DNA from: Candidatus Hadarchaeota archaeon
GTDB taxonomy: Archaea; CAYQAE01; CAYVLA01
DNA: 64,000 bases
Assembly: GCA_964621445.1 (NCBI GenBank)
Contig: CAZUNO010000001.1
Location: 136,496 to 200,495 of the forward strand
Direction of reading: 5' to 3'
Below the pieces are notes generated by a model. It worked only from the letters and a program-made list of their open reading frames with translations. It had not been told where the DNA came from and searched no databases. Position numbers and translations under genes: made by a program. Positions 27,850 to 37,948 of this stretch are shown here, piece after piece (the stretch's first letter is position 1; every line of letters begins with the position of its first letter).

Positions 27850-28551
27850 TCACATATAGTGATGATTGGCCTTTTCCTCGCTCTGAGCGGTAACCATTTG
27901 TTGTATCTTTCTCTCCAGGTGTTCAGCTTGGATTAGCTCCTCCGTATCAACATCGAAATGGAGTATCTCGGCTAGCTTATCTATTGCAAACGCTGCTGCT
28001 TTTCTATCAGGCCGGGATTCTGCAAATGGCAGAAGACCCAATAGTGGGATATCCATCTTCTCCGCGTGGAAGAGTAAACCGGCCAACGGCCCCACGATAT
28101 TTAGATCGTCCAGCATCCATTCTATGTCATTTGCCTCCATCAATGATCTTCCCTTGGAGGTGGCCACTCCCAGAAGAGGGGGATCCTCCTCCCTCTTCAC
28201 GGCCTTGGTCAGTCCGCCCAGCACTATGGCAGCCTTGAACTTGGAATCCTTGATCCACTTTGCTATGTCACCGGTAATGCGCATGGTTTGTTCCTGTGGC
28301 AAGGGGGCTTCTGAAGCCATGTACACGTTCCCATCGAGAAGGAAAAGATCGTAGGGGAAACTAACCTTCTTTTCCCATAATCTAACTACCGGGCTCATTC
28401 CGTCGAATTCCAGGTATCCGATCCGTTTCCCACCGAGTTTGTCAAAGAGAAATCGATTCGCTATATACCCGGTCCAGCCGATGCCCCGGAAACCGGTGAC
28501 GAAATACCTATCCTCCAGGCTGACTTCCTCTTTTAGAATGATGTTGCTCAA
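27850..28551 (-). CDS. Proteasome assembly chaperone PAC2 family protein (PbaA/PbaB-like)
   Basis: GFRGIGWTGYIA, IVLGGL, IVGPLAGLL, RPDRKAA, and a C-terminus ending HYM. Confidence 0.88.
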   Translation of the reverse strand: MSNIILKEEVSLEDRYFVTGFRGIGWTGYIANRFLFDKLGGKRIGYLEFDGMSPVVRLWEKKVSFPYDLFLLDGNVYMASEAPLPQEQTMRITGDIAKWIKDSKFKAAIVLGGLTKAVKREEDPPLLGVATSKGRSLMEANDIEWMLDDLNIVGPLAGLLFHAEKMDIPLLGLLPFAESRPDRKAAAFAIDKLAEILHFDVDTEELIQAEHLERKIQQMVTAQSEEKANHHYM

Positions 28552-28628
28552 TTCAGTTCCCGGTTCCCGTTTGCCGGATCTCTAAAAAATGTTCCAAAGC
28601 GGGGCCCCCGTTTATGTAATTAGTTCCC

Positions 28629-29831
28629 TCAGGCTTTTTGCCGGCTAGTCAGGAAGTCCTCTATCTCGGCAATATCCCAATCAACGACGTAGGACATGTT
28701 AAACCGGTCGCCTTCCCTTCGGACGAGGCCCTTCTCGATTAGGTTGGTCATGTGGAGAGAGACGGTTCCCTTTGTCCTATTCAGATCCGATACCAGATCA
28801 CCAAGGGAGGCCTTTCCCTGATGACGTTTGACAAGTGTTTCCAGAACCTCGGTTTGTTTGGGAGTTAGGTGTCTTAGTATTCTCCAGGTGAAGGAGAGCT
28901 TTGCTTCTTTGACTACCTTTTCAACTATCCCGGTGTCGATCCTGGGAACATTCATGCTATGTGCGGTTTCAACTGCCTTCTCACATATCTGCATTAACCG
29001 CCTTGGATTACCATCAGTATATTCTATTATGACCTCGACCGCTTCCTCTGTGAACGGATCGAGCGGATTATTGCAGGGGGTCTCTTCATCCCTGGCCGCT
29101 TTGAGGCGGGATTTTATTATCTCCACCTGTTCAAGCCTAGTAAAGGGCTCTAGGTCAATCTCATGCCCCAATCTGGCATAGGTTGACGGGGATTTGGATT
29201 GAAGTTCGTTTGGGGTGTCAGGATAACCGGCCAGTATCCAGGTCATTTCGGGTTCGAAGAGTAGGTTGTCAAGAAAGGGAAGGTTTGATTGGCAGTCATA
29301 TTTATTCATTGTATGGGCATTATCGACGAGAAAAACGAAATCCTGCTCCAGCATATCCCTAAGCATGGTAAGGTCCTCCTCGACCGATAGAAGGTCATAA
29401 TGCACTGGAGATTTCGAGTACTTGGTCATGCGGACGATGATCTTTCGCAGGTCGCTCATTTTGGAACGATCTATCCTCTCCACGAGGTGGTTTCTCCTAA
29501 TGAGGTCCAATGTGAGTGAGATTATCATCTTCCTTACCGACGGATAATATGAGCCGACCGATATGAGGTATTTTTCAGGACATTTGGCGCGGAGGCAGAC
29601 CGATAGAACGTTCATGAGGCTGGTTTTACCCATCCCGATTTCACCCACCAGGAAGCTGTTCACGTTATTGGAGATGGAATGGACGGTTTGCTGCAGTTCC
29701 CTCTCCCGTCCCACGAAGTAGTGTAACTCACCGTTTATAGGGCTTATCCTAAATGGCTGTTCACTTAGTCCCTGGGTGGAGTAATCCTCCTCCATCTGTA
29801 CTCTGTTGAGAATTTCCTCTAGTCCCTTCAT
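28629..29831 (-). CDS. AAA+ P-loop ATPase with C-terminal winged HTH
   Basis: FVGREREL, Walker A GEIGMGKTS, Walker B FLVDN, TDGNPR, and wHTH LTPKQ..VL...GTVSLHMTNLIEKGLV; probable ATG at 29831. Confidence 0.8.
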   Translation of the reverse strand: MKGLEEILNRVQMEEDYSTQGLSEQPFRISPINGELHYFVGRERELQQTVHSISNNVNSFLVGEIGMGKTSLMNVLSVCLRAKCPEKYLISVGSYYPSVRKMIISLTLDLIRRNHLVERIDRSKMSDLRKIIVRMTKYSKSPVHYDLLSVEEDLTMLRDMLEQDFVFLVDNAHTMNKYDCQSNLPFLDNLLFEPEMTWILAGYPDTPNELQSKSPSTYARLGHEIDLEPFTRLEQVEIIKSRLKAARDEETPCNNPLDPFTEEAVEVIIEYTDGNPRRLMQICEKAVETAHSMNVPRIDTGIVEKVVKEAKLSFTWRILRHLTPKQTEVLETLVKRHQGKASLGDLVSDLNRTKGTVSLHMTNLIEKGLVRREGDRFNMSYVVDWDIAEIEDFLTSRQKA

Positions 29832-30278
29832 CTCTTCACCGAGAGGAGTGTATTGACATTTGGATAGTTGGGTATTAAAGGAATCGATGGCCGGATTATG
29901 CAACATATTCGGTGATGCATTTTGGGAGAGGGTGAGGGCCCTAATGCCAACGCCGAGTGAATTTTTTCTGGGAGTGGATAATGTTTTTCGTAACTTCTTT
30001 TGCTGTTTTGGCTTGAAGGATTATTAGTTGCCGGACAAGAAATTTACGATTCAAAAAATTTGGTTTTACGCCACCTTCCTAGGTCCGGGAATTTGGAACA
30101 AATTAGAGGCGGTTTAGCTTTTTTGGCATGGCGCCTTTTACACAGTGTGATGAAGTTCCATGCCAGCTTGTTTTTCATGGTGGACACGGGCTTAGATGCT
30201 TCAGATAAATTTTAAGAATTTCTGGATTCTCTTATGCTAAGAAAAAGACATCCTAAGCCTTTTTCGGGTTTTGTATAA

Positions 30279-31169
30279 CTAGTTTTCATTTTTGTTGAAA
30301 TGTCCACGTTTTGAACCAAAATGGTCAAGTGCCTCTTCAGCTCTTCGGAACATGACCTCGGTGTCAGGTTCCCTCCCGGTCCAGATTTGTATGGAATCGG
30401 CTGCCTGGTAAATGAGCATGGAAAGCCCCCCTATAGTCCTGCAACCCGCTTTTCGTGCCTGCCTGAGAAGCTTTGTTTCCGGTGGGTTATACACCAGGTC
30501 CATTACCGCGAGATGGTGATTAAGCATATCGGATTCGACTATTGTTCCCTCGGTTCTGGGGTGCATTCCTACCGGGGTGGCGTTTATGAGGACTGATGAC
30601 TGGGCCAATTCCTTCTCCAGTTCCTCCCTGGTATATGGTCTGCCCCGTACTTTCGGCCATCCGGTCTTGCTCGATATCTCCTCCGCCAGGCACACCGCCT
30701 TGTCGACCGTCCGGTTGCATATGGTGAGGTCGGCTTTTTCACTGGCCAGGCCAAAGGCAACGGCACGGGCAGCACCCCCTGCACCGACCATGGTTACCTT
30801 GGTTCCTCTCAATTCTTCCTGCGCTCCCTCTTCCAAACATCTCATGGATGCGGAGACATCTGTGTTGAATCCGGAGATCTTACTCCCGAATCGTATGGTG
30901 TTCACGGCCCCCACTTTTCCGGCCAATGGCTCGATCTCGTCGAGAGCAGGGATTACCTCGGTCTTGTAGGGGATGGTCACGTTGATTCCGGAGACACCGA
31001 GGCGGGAAAACGATTTTACGGCCGAAGCAGCTGAGGTGGAAATCTTGAAGGATACGTAGACCGCATTCAGGCCCATCTGTTGGTAGGCGGCATTTTGGAT
31101 CTGGGGTGATATGGAGTGCTCTATGGGTTTGCCTATCAATCCATAAATTGATGTGTTGGAATCAATCAT
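30279..31169 (-). CDS. aroE: Shikimate dehydrogenase
   Basis: HSISP, NVTIPYK, GAVNT, NTD, GAGGAARA, NRT, INATPVGM and DLVYNP. Confidence 0.96.
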   Translation of the reverse strand: MIDSNTSIYGLIGKPIEHSISPQIQNAAYQQMGLNAVYVSFKISTSAASAVKSFSRLGVSGINVTIPYKTEVIPALDEIEPLAGKVGAVNTIRFGSKISGFNTDVSASMRCLEEGAQEELRGTKVTMVGAGGAARAVAFGLASEKADLTICNRTVDKAVCLAEEISSKTGWPKVRGRPYTREELEKELAQSSVLINATPVGMHPRTEGTIVESDMLNHHLAVMDLVYNPPETKLLRQARKAGCRTIGGLSMLIYQAADSIQIWTGREPDTEVMFRRAEEALDHFGSKRGHFNKNEN

Positions 31170-31867
31170 GTTTCCTTCTCCGATAGATTCAGAATTTGTT
31201 GGTGGATGTCCTTCATTTGGGGAATGGACAGCATGCCAGGAGCCACCGGTTTTGCCCCCTCGGGATAGGCGTAAGCAAATTGAGAGCCAAAGAACGGGGC
31301 TAACAGCCGTCCAACCCTGCCTATGCTTCCCATAGGGATTGCTATCACCCTGTTTTTGATGGTTGGGATGGATATCACTCTCAGCACCTCGTTTTTGGAG
31401 TGGGTCAGGGTAGCTATCTTGGCGTAGGCTGCTCCATATGATCTCGCCTGTGACACCGTGTTCAATAGCTCCTTCCTGGAAGGGGTGCCTTTGAAGTTGT
31501 GGATGGACAGAATGACCTCGCTTCCGTTTTCTTTCGATTCATCCATCAAACCTGACCCGGCGTGACCTAGTTCTAGGTCCACAAGATCACAGATCGAGGA
31601 GAAATCCTTCAGGGTCCTCAGGTGTTTATCCTCGGGTCCTTCATACTTTCCTCCATCCGCCCTGTAGCGGTGGGTGGCGATTACGGGGGCCTCCAGGTCT
31701 CTAATCCAATCGAAATCCCGAGTGCTGGAAACCACCTCGAGGTGGTCCAGGCGGATTTCTAAAAGATCGGCCCCCTGAGAAAGGGCCGCATTAGCCGCTT
31801 CTTTCATCCCTTGATGATCGATGGCCGCTAGCGTCCCGCAAATTCCGGTGCAGGATTCATCTCTCAA
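31166..31867 (-). CDS. aroD: Type I 3-dehydroquinate dehydratase
   Basis: EIRLD, IATHR...GG, DLEL, SIHNF..TP, AKIA, MG and APG. Confidence 0.9.
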   Translation of the reverse strand: MRDESCTGICGTLAAIDHQGMKEAANAALSQGADLLEIRLDHLEVVSSTRDFDWIRDLEAPVIATHRYRADGGKYEGPEDKHLRTLKDFSSICDLVDLELGHAGSGLMDESKENGSEVILSIHNFKGTPSRKELLNTVSQARSYGAAYAKIATLTHSKNEVLRVISIPTIKNRVIAIPMGSIGRVGRLLAPFFGSQFAYAYPEGAKPVAPGMLSIPQMKDIHQQILNLSEKET

Positions 31868-32960
31868 TTAGCTTCTCCTCGACAGCCATTCCGAAGTGTC
31901 TTGCCTGTCCCGAGAGGTAAGCGAGTACGTGATCGCCTTCTTTGAGGTCCTTTATTGACGCCGCTTCTCCCTGGGGATCGACCAGTCTAATGGTCTCAGC
32001 GTCCTGTAGCATGGCCTTGAAGGTCCTGCCCTGGTGTCTGAAAACCACCATGGACAGTGGCCTGGTCTCTATCTTCACCCGGCCTATGGTAGCGGTACGG
32101 GTTGTCCCATCGGATTTCACCACCATAGTGGTATCGCCGCCTCTTAGCTCGCTCAGATATCGGGTCTTGTTATCGTTGTCCAGGATATAGCTGTGAATTG
32201 CCCCCGCATTTATCCTGAACGGTCTTGATTCAACGTATTCGGTCTCTATGTTTTCGGCATGGATTAGAAGTAGGCCATCCGCTTGACTTCCAATTAAGAC
32301 CCCTTCTCCCTTAACCAAAAGGGAACAGGTATCTATGCATGCCCTATCCCCGGAGCCTATGCCTTGGACCGAGACTATCTCCACTTCCGAAAGGGAAAGA
32401 GTCCCTTCCATGGACCTCACCAGGGAAGCCGCATCCTTCACGTCATCCGCTTTGCTGGGTGCGATGAGTATGCCGTCCACGCCCTTTTGCAGAGCTCCCA
32501 ATGCTACCTGGGCCTCCTCAAGATCGGCCACTGAGGCGACTAATTTACACTCCTTCTCCTCGCTTGCAGCTATCAAGTTTTCGATAGGAATGACCTGCCA
32601 ATTGGCGCATTCGATAATCAGGTTATCATATTGGTCGGCCAATCGGGTGGCTTTTACCTGATCTTCGCCGCTCTCTATGGTTATCCAGGCTGCATCCCGG
32701 ATCTTGGAGTCAGGGCTGGGATTTGTATCTATAAGGGTTACGCCCTGAGGAGCGTCCTTATCACCTTTGGTCATCACCCCAATATTTTCCAAACCCAGCT
32801 TCCTTGCTCTTGGGACATCCTCGGATTTGACTATCGCCAGGTCAACGTTGGTAGTGTTCCCGGAACCGAGTATCTCCTGGGCTTCATCCCACGAGTCCTG
32901 GAGATCGCCCCTGATCCAGATACATTTTTCGTCCTTCTCATTTGATGATTTTGAGGGCAT
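31857..32960 (-). CDS. 3-dehydroquinate synthase II (archaeal AroB')
   Basis: [48 protein letters not shown] and RHFG. Confidence 0.94.
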   Translation of the reverse strand: MPSKSSNEKDEKCIWIRGDLQDSWDEAQEILGSGNTTNVDLAIVKSEDVPRARKLGLENIGVMTKGDKDAPQGVTLIDTNPSPDSKIRDAAWITIESGEDQVKATRLADQYDNLIIECANWQVIPIENLIAASEEKECKLVASVADLEEAQVALGALQKGVDGILIAPSKADDVKDAASLVRSMEGTLSLSEVEIVSVQGIGSGDRACIDTCSLLVKGEGVLIGSQADGLLLIHAENIETEYVESRPFRINAGAIHSYILDNDNKTRYLSELRGGDTTMVVKSDGTTRTATIGRVKIETRPLSMVVFRHQGRTFKAMLQDAETIRLVDPQGEAASIKDLKEGDHVLAYLSGQARHFGMAVEEKLIER

Positions 32961-33744
32961 CCTCTACCTCCCAATTTTCATGTACTACCTTGGCTATGGC
33001 CCTGACCATGTCGGGGGTATTTGGGTGCTGGAAAACATTTCGTCCAGCTGCAACACCGGACCCTCCCCCCTCGATTACTCCCTTGACATCCTTAAGGAAT
33101 TCTTCATCTGTTTCCGCCTTGGGGCCACCGGCGGCTACAACCGGTACCGGGCATCCTTTGATGACCTCCTTGAAGGTGTCGGGATCCCCGGTGTAGTTTG
33201 TCTTCACTATATCGGCTCCCAGTTCTGCCCCCACTCGAGCCGCCTGCTTTACAAAACTGACGTCCCTTTGATTCGCTATCTTTTCTCCTCTCGGGTACAT
33301 CATTGCCAAAAGGGGCATGCCCCATGTCTGACATTTCTCGGCCGTGGCTCCGAGATCCTCCAACATCATGTCCTCGTTTTCGGCTCCCACATTTACGTGG
33401 ATTGACACTGCGTCGGCTCCTTTACGTATGGCTTCCTCAACTGTGGCAACCAATACCTTCTTGTTTGGGTCTGGAGCCAGATTGGTGGAGGCCGATAGGT
33501 GGACGATCAGCCCGATGTCCTTGCCGTATCCCCTATGGCCAGAGGTGATCATCCCCTTATGCTCTATTACCGCGTTGGCACCCCCTTCCGCTGCCTGATT
33601 AACGGTGTCTCGCAGGTCGATGATTCCCTTGACTGGACCTAGGCTGACTCCGTGGTCAAGAGGTACTATCACCGTTCTCCCGGTGTCTCGGTCAATAATG
33701 CGTTCAATTCGTATGGCTTTCCCTATCTGTGGCAATTTGCTCAC
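32938..33744 (-). CDS. 2-amino-3,7-dideoxy-D-threo-hept-6-ulosonate synthase (archaeal AroA', class I aldolase)
   Basis: [42 protein letters not shown] and GRNVFQ; probable GTG start at 33744. Confidence 0.93.
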   Translation of the reverse strand: MSKLPQIGKAIRIERIIDRDTGRTVIVPLDHGVSLGPVKGIIDLRDTVNQAAEGGANAVIEHKGMITSGHRGYGKDIGLIVHLSASTNLAPDPNKKVLVATVEEAIRKGADAVSIHVNVGAENEDMMLEDLGATAEKCQTWGMPLLAMMYPRGEKIANQRDVSFVKQAARVGAELGADIVKTNYTGDPDTFKEVIKGCPVPVVAAGGPKAETDEEFLKDVKGVIEGGGSGVAAGRNVFQHPNTPDMVRAIAKVVHENWEVEDALKIIK

Positions 33745-33773
33745 CGTGATATAGTGAGCCACGGTAACACGAT

Positions 33774-33785
33774 CATTTATAAATG
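33774..33785. promoter_or_regulatory. Palindromic TATA element CATTTATAAATG between the divergent aroA' and aroA genes
   Basis: Perfect 12-bp palindrome about 28 nt from the aroA ATG and about 36 nt from the aroA' GTG. Confidence 0.55.
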
Positions 33786-33807
33786 TAAATGCCATGCTTA
33801 GAGACAT

Positions 33808-35091
33808 ATGGGAAAAGACCTCATTGTTAGAAGATCTCAGCTATCTGGTGTGGTTACCGCACCAGGATCAAAGAGCGTGACCCATCGTGCCCTTGTTGTG
33901 GCCTCCCTAGCCAGGGGTCGATCTTACCTTGAGAATTGTCTCCGGTCTTTGGATACCGAAAGTACAATAAGAGGATTGCGAGCTCTTGGAGTCAAAATTG
34001 AGTTGGATCAAAACGGAGCTATCGTGCATGGGACGGGAAGCGGTTTTTTACAGCCGCAAGGCCCCATAAACCTGGGGAACTCGGGTACCACTTTGAGGTT
34101 CATGACCACCCTTTGCGGCCTTGTCCCCGGGCCATGCGTTCTCGAGGGCGATGAATCGCTGAACTCAAGGCCGATGTCAGAATTATTGGAATGCCTGGAT
34201 ACAATTGGTGTAAAGGCGATTTCCCTGAAGGACAATGGTCGGGCCCCGATCAAGGTTCAAGGGAAGGGAAGAATTAGGGGAGGATCGACAAGCATAACTG
34301 GCATGACCAGCTCACAATTTATTTCCTCGCTTCTGCTGTCCTCCCCCTATTTCCAGCAGGGCCTAGATCTGCAGGTTGTTGAGGGCTTTAAATCAGGACC
34401 CTACATAACCCTGACCTCAGAGGTTATGAATGATTTTGGGGTTTCGGTGAGAAGGGAGGGCGAGATATTCAACGTGGAGCCCGGTAACTATACATCCCGT
34501 CGCTATAGGGTGGAGGGGGATTATTCATCGGCTGCCTTTCTAATGGCATCCGCGGCGGTTACCAATTCATCGATCGAAATCGCTGGTTTGGACAGGTATT
34601 CGAGTCAAGCAGACAGATCCTTCTTAAATCATATCGGGAAGATGGGTCTGCATGTGGTCTGGAAAGGAGAACTTCTAGAAGTGGGAGGCTGTCCCAATCA
34701 GGGCATTGATTTGGATCTCTCCGATAGCCCGGATCTTGTTCCCCCGGCAGCAATAATGGGGGTCCTAGCCCCGGATACTACAACAATCCGTGGAGCCGAA
34801 CATGTTAGGTTGAAGGAATCCAATAGGCTCAGGGTGCTTGCCCAAGAACTCAGCAAGATTGGTGTTCCTATCGAAGAGACCGCTGATGGTCTAGTATTGG
34901 AAGGAGGCAATTTTCCAGAGGGAGGCGAGGTGGATTCCCACGGGGACCACAGGATTGCCATGTCCATGGCAGTTATTGGGATGGCCACCGATGGCCTGAA
35001 GGTTAAGGATGCCGGATGTATAGAGGTCTCCTACCCGAGATTCGTAGAGGATTTGATAGGCCTGGGTGCAGATCTACGGTGGGCTGCTTAA
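33808..35091 (+). CDS. aroA: EPSP synthase
   Basis: [46 protein letters not shown] and SYP.F. Confidence 0.96.
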   Translation: MGKDLIVRRSQLSGVVTAPGSKSVTHRALVVASLARGRSYLENCLRSLDTESTIRGLRALGVKIELDQNGAIVHGTGSGFLQPQGPINLGNSGTTLRFMTTLCGLVPGPCVLEGDESLNSRPMSELLECLDTIGVKAISLKDNGRAPIKVQGKGRIRGGSTSITGMTSSQFISSLLLSSPYFQQGLDLQVVEGFKSGPYITLTSEVMNDFGVSVRREGEIFNVEPGNYTSRRYRVEGDYSSAAFLMASAAVTNSSIEIAGLDRYSSQADRSFLNHIGKMGLHVVWKGELLEVGGCPNQGIDLDLSDSPDLVPPAAIMGVLAPDTTTIRGAEHVRLKESNRLRVLAQELSKIGVPIEETADGLVLEGGNFPEGGEVDSHGDHRIAMSMAVIGMATDGLKVKDAGCIEVSYPRFVEDLIGLGADLRWAA

Positions 35092-35492
35092 TCGTAAAGG
35101 TCAGGTCGAAGGGCGGATGGTATGATGGTGACCGGGATGGTTGCCCTTTCCATAACCTGGATTAGAACGTTGCCCTTGATCCATTTCTTTAGCGTTGGTT
35201 CCGCCGTTGCGCCCATGACGATTAGGTCCACGTTCTCCTCGTCGGCATAGTTCAAGATGCTATCGACAACGTCTCCTTCCACGAGTTTGGTCTTTATTCG
35301 GACATCCGCATCCCGAGCGGCGTTCTCAAATATCTTTAAAGCCTTCTTCTCCTCCTCTTCGCTAAGTTCCGACCTATTTGACCTCACGTGAATTACAACC
35401 ATTTCAGCATCAATATCCTTGCACAAACCCGCAATGAAATCAGCGCTTCTGGAAGCGGGCTCGGGGCCGGCAGTTGGAGCCAGTACCTTCAT
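35088..35492 (-). CDS. Universal stress protein
   Basis: KVLAPTAG, EGDVVDSIL.YA...DLIVMG and PVTIIP; ATG at 35492. Confidence 0.88.
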   Translation of the reverse strand: MKVLAPTAGPEPASRSADFIAGLCKDIDAEMVVIHVRSNRSELSEEEEKKALKIFENAARDADVRIKTKLVEGDVVDSILNYADEENVDLIVMGATAEPTLKKWIKGNVLIQVMERATIPVTIIPSALRPDLYD

Positions 35493-35600
35493 GTAATCAC
35501 GTGCCTGGTCGCCCCGATAAGATATAAAAGTGTGCCCCCCGAGCCGGGACGGGCTTGTGTAAGCGAAGCAAATACGATGAAAGACTAGGTTGTATGAGAT

Positions 35601-36797
35601 TTGACCGTTTCGGGATCGGATCGCGTAAGATCCATGTCCTATGCGATCAGAGAGGTAATCGAACATAGCAGGGTTCTGGAGAAAAAGGGCCACCGAGTCC
35701 TCAAGCTAAATATCGGGGATCCCGTGAAATTCGACTTCAGTACCCCCGATCATATAAAGAGAGCCTTCATTCGGGCTATAGAGGAAGGCAGGTCCGGTTA
35801 TTCCGATTCGGAGGGGATTCCTCCTCTATTGGAGGCAGCGGCCAGGAGTGAGAGGGATAAGGGCGTTGAAATCCAACCAGAGGACGTGGTGGCTACAACG
35901 GGGGTTACCGAAGGCCTAGAGATGGTTCTGGCGGCCACCCTGGATGAATCATCCGAGATACTCATTCCCGGGCCCTCATACCCCGCCTATGTTGAGTACC
36001 CAAAGCTTTTCGGGGCCGATCCGGTGGCCTATAGAAAGATCGAGGCCCAGGATTGGATGCCGGACCTGGATGATATACGAAGAAAGATAACTCCCAGGAC
36101 CAAGGCCATAATCATATGTTCCCCAAATAATCCCACGGGGGCCCTCTATTCCAAGTCGGAGATCGGGGCAATAATGGATATAGCTGCGGAGAACGAGTTA
36201 CTGGTCATATCCGATGAGATCTATGATAGGGTCATATACGAGGAGGAAACCAACAGGCCTGCGGCCATAAACAAGGACGTCCCCACCGTTATTCTTAACG
36301 GTCTCTCAAAGGTCCACATATGTCCCGGCTGGAGAGTGGGATACATAGCCTTTAGGGATCCCAGGGGAGATCTTGAGGATATCAAGGAAGGGGTGATGAA
36401 GCAGGCCAGGGCCAGGTTATGTGCCAACACGGTTGCCCAGTATGGCCTTCTCGCCGCTTTGGAGGGTCCCGATGAGCATGTTAGGGAGATGTGCCAGCGG
36501 CTGAAACCAAGACGAGATCTGGCAGTGAAGATGATCAATGAGATAGATGGCCTTTCAGTCACCGTGCCCAAGGGAGCATTCTACATGTTCCCCAGGATAG
36601 ATCCCAGCATTACCACCGATGACAAACGGTTCGTCCTTGATGTTCTAGAAAATTGTCACGTTCTGTTGGTTCACGGCAGTGGCTTTCACCCACAATATGG
36701 AAAGGGTCACTTTAGGATAGTTTTCCTCCCGCCTGAAGAGGTTCTTGAAGAAGCGCTTGGACGTATAGGGGACTATGTTTCGAGCCTGGCCAACTAG
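35601..36797 (+). CDS. Class I/II PLP aminotransferase (AlaA-like)
   Basis: LNIGDP, SPNNPTG, SDEIYD, GLSK...PGWRVG and GAFY.FP. Confidence 0.92.
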   Translation: MTVSGSDRVRSMSYAIREVIEHSRVLEKKGHRVLKLNIGDPVKFDFSTPDHIKRAFIRAIEEGRSGYSDSEGIPPLLEAAARSERDKGVEIQPEDVVATTGVTEGLEMVLAATLDESSEILIPGPSYPAYVEYPKLFGADPVAYRKIEAQDWMPDLDDIRRKITPRTKAIIICSPNNPTGALYSKSEIGAIMDIAAENELLVISDEIYDRVIYEEETNRPAAINKDVPTVILNGLSKVHICPGWRVGYIAFRDPRGDLEDIKEGVMKQARARLCANTVAQYGLLAALEGPDEHVREMCQRLKPRRDLAVKMINEIDGLSVTVPKGAFYMFPRIDPSITTDDKRFVLDVLENCHVLLVHGSGFHPQYGKGHFRIVFLPPEEVLEEALGRIGDYVSSLAN

Positions 36798-37153
36798 AGT
36801 TCACGGCGAAAATGCTTGATATTATCTCCCATATAATGCCTCACTATGAGGCCAAGGGCTTCCTCCCGGTTTTGAGCTTGATCCATCGTCCCCATCCAAT
36901 CCGTTAACACATCCAGCTTGCCCTTGACGATTTCAAGGATGCTGTCCTTGTAGCTAATTCCCATCTCCATAAGTTCCTTGAAATCCTTGTAATCCTTGCC
37001 GGATTTGGTCTCTATAGAAGTCATCACGTCGCGTATTATCCTGGCTGAGAGCTCATATGCTTCCTTGTGGTCCTGGTAAGAGGGCTTGAAATCACCCAAC
37101 TTTTCCTGGGTATCCTTATCTAGTTTGGCGGGATGAAAATGTGTTTGATCCAT
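36794..37153 (-). CDS. Hypothetical helical protein
   Basis: ORF converging on the aminotransferase stop. The start is inferred at ATG 37153 to avoid overlap with the divergent ORF. Confidence 0.5.
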   Translation of the reverse strand: MDQTHFHPAKLDKDTQEKLGDFKPSYQDHKEAYELSARIIRDVMTSIETKSGKDYKDFKELMEMGISYKDSILEIVKGKLDVLTDWMGTMDQAQNREEALGLIVRHYMGDNIKHFRREL

Positions 37154-37261
37154 TATTCTACGAATTTTTGAGATCAAAATCGGTCTCTTCTCTCTATTTC
37201 CGTCGCACATATTTAAGAGAGACTCTTTAATAATCTTATCAGCCTGGACCGGGCGATTCCC

Positions 37262-37948
37262 TTGGCGCAACCTAAGGAAGAAGTGCTGGAATTCATAGAT
37301 TCCCTGTCTCCATTTCAATGGATGACCTATCTGAGCTACATTGTAAGGCCCTCTAGCAGGCTCCCCCAGCCGGTAAGATTGGATCTTACTCGAGCTTGCG
37401 TGGGCGGGGATCGATGCGCCACGATTTCCTGCTTCGAGGAGGCCTCAAAGGAGGTGGAGGATTACGTCAACCGACTCTGCGACCTGAAGATAAATTTTGA
37501 GGTTATACCAAGTCTGGAGGCGACAAGATCAAAGCTCAGAGATGCCATAGAGCGTGAGCTGCTAATGGTCATAAACGACCTCGATGACTTGTCAAAGGGA
37601 TTCCTGGATGAGTACCTTTCCGTAAGGAGATACAGGGTTTCCGGTTCCCTTGATGTTAACGCCAATTATGGTTTGATCATCTATGGCAAGGTTCCCCGTA
37701 GAACGAAGTACGGGAACCCTGAGGCTGCAACCTACAACAAGTTGGGTAGAGCAGTCTACAAATTGCTGGAGCAGCAGAGAAGAGCTTTTGGTTTTCATAT
37801 AGTGAAACCTGAGGACCTTCAGAAGCAGAGAAAGCCTAGGATAGAGCCCGAGTCGCCATACTCGGATTCCTACCTTTTGAGTTCGTATTTCTCGAAGTAC
37901 AGGGAAAAGTTCATCGTGGACACCGGGATAAAGAGCATATGGCGTTGA
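37262..37948 (+). CDS. Hypothetical protein
   Basis: 228-aa ORF filling the gap exactly up to the serA stop; no recognisable family. Confidence 0.6.
   Translation: MAQPKEEVLEFIDSLSPFQWMTYLSYIVRPSSRLPQPVRLDLTRACVGGDRCATISCFEEASKEVEDYVNRLCDLKINFEVIPSLEATRSKLRDAIERELLMVINDLDDLSKGFLDEYLSVRRYRVSGSLDVNANYGLIIYGKVPRRTKYGNPEAATYNKLGRAVYKLLEQQRRAFGFHIVKPEDLQKQRKPRIEPESPYSDSYLLSSYFSKYREKFIVDTGIKSIWR

Noticed and set aside
29832-30278. Replication origin with ORB repeats, or a SECIS element in the hairpin
   Set aside because: No TTCCAGTGGAAAC/G-string ORB repeats were found. The hairpin lacks the GAA/A loop closed by G-C pairs, and there is no Sec-type in-frame TGA gene nearby.
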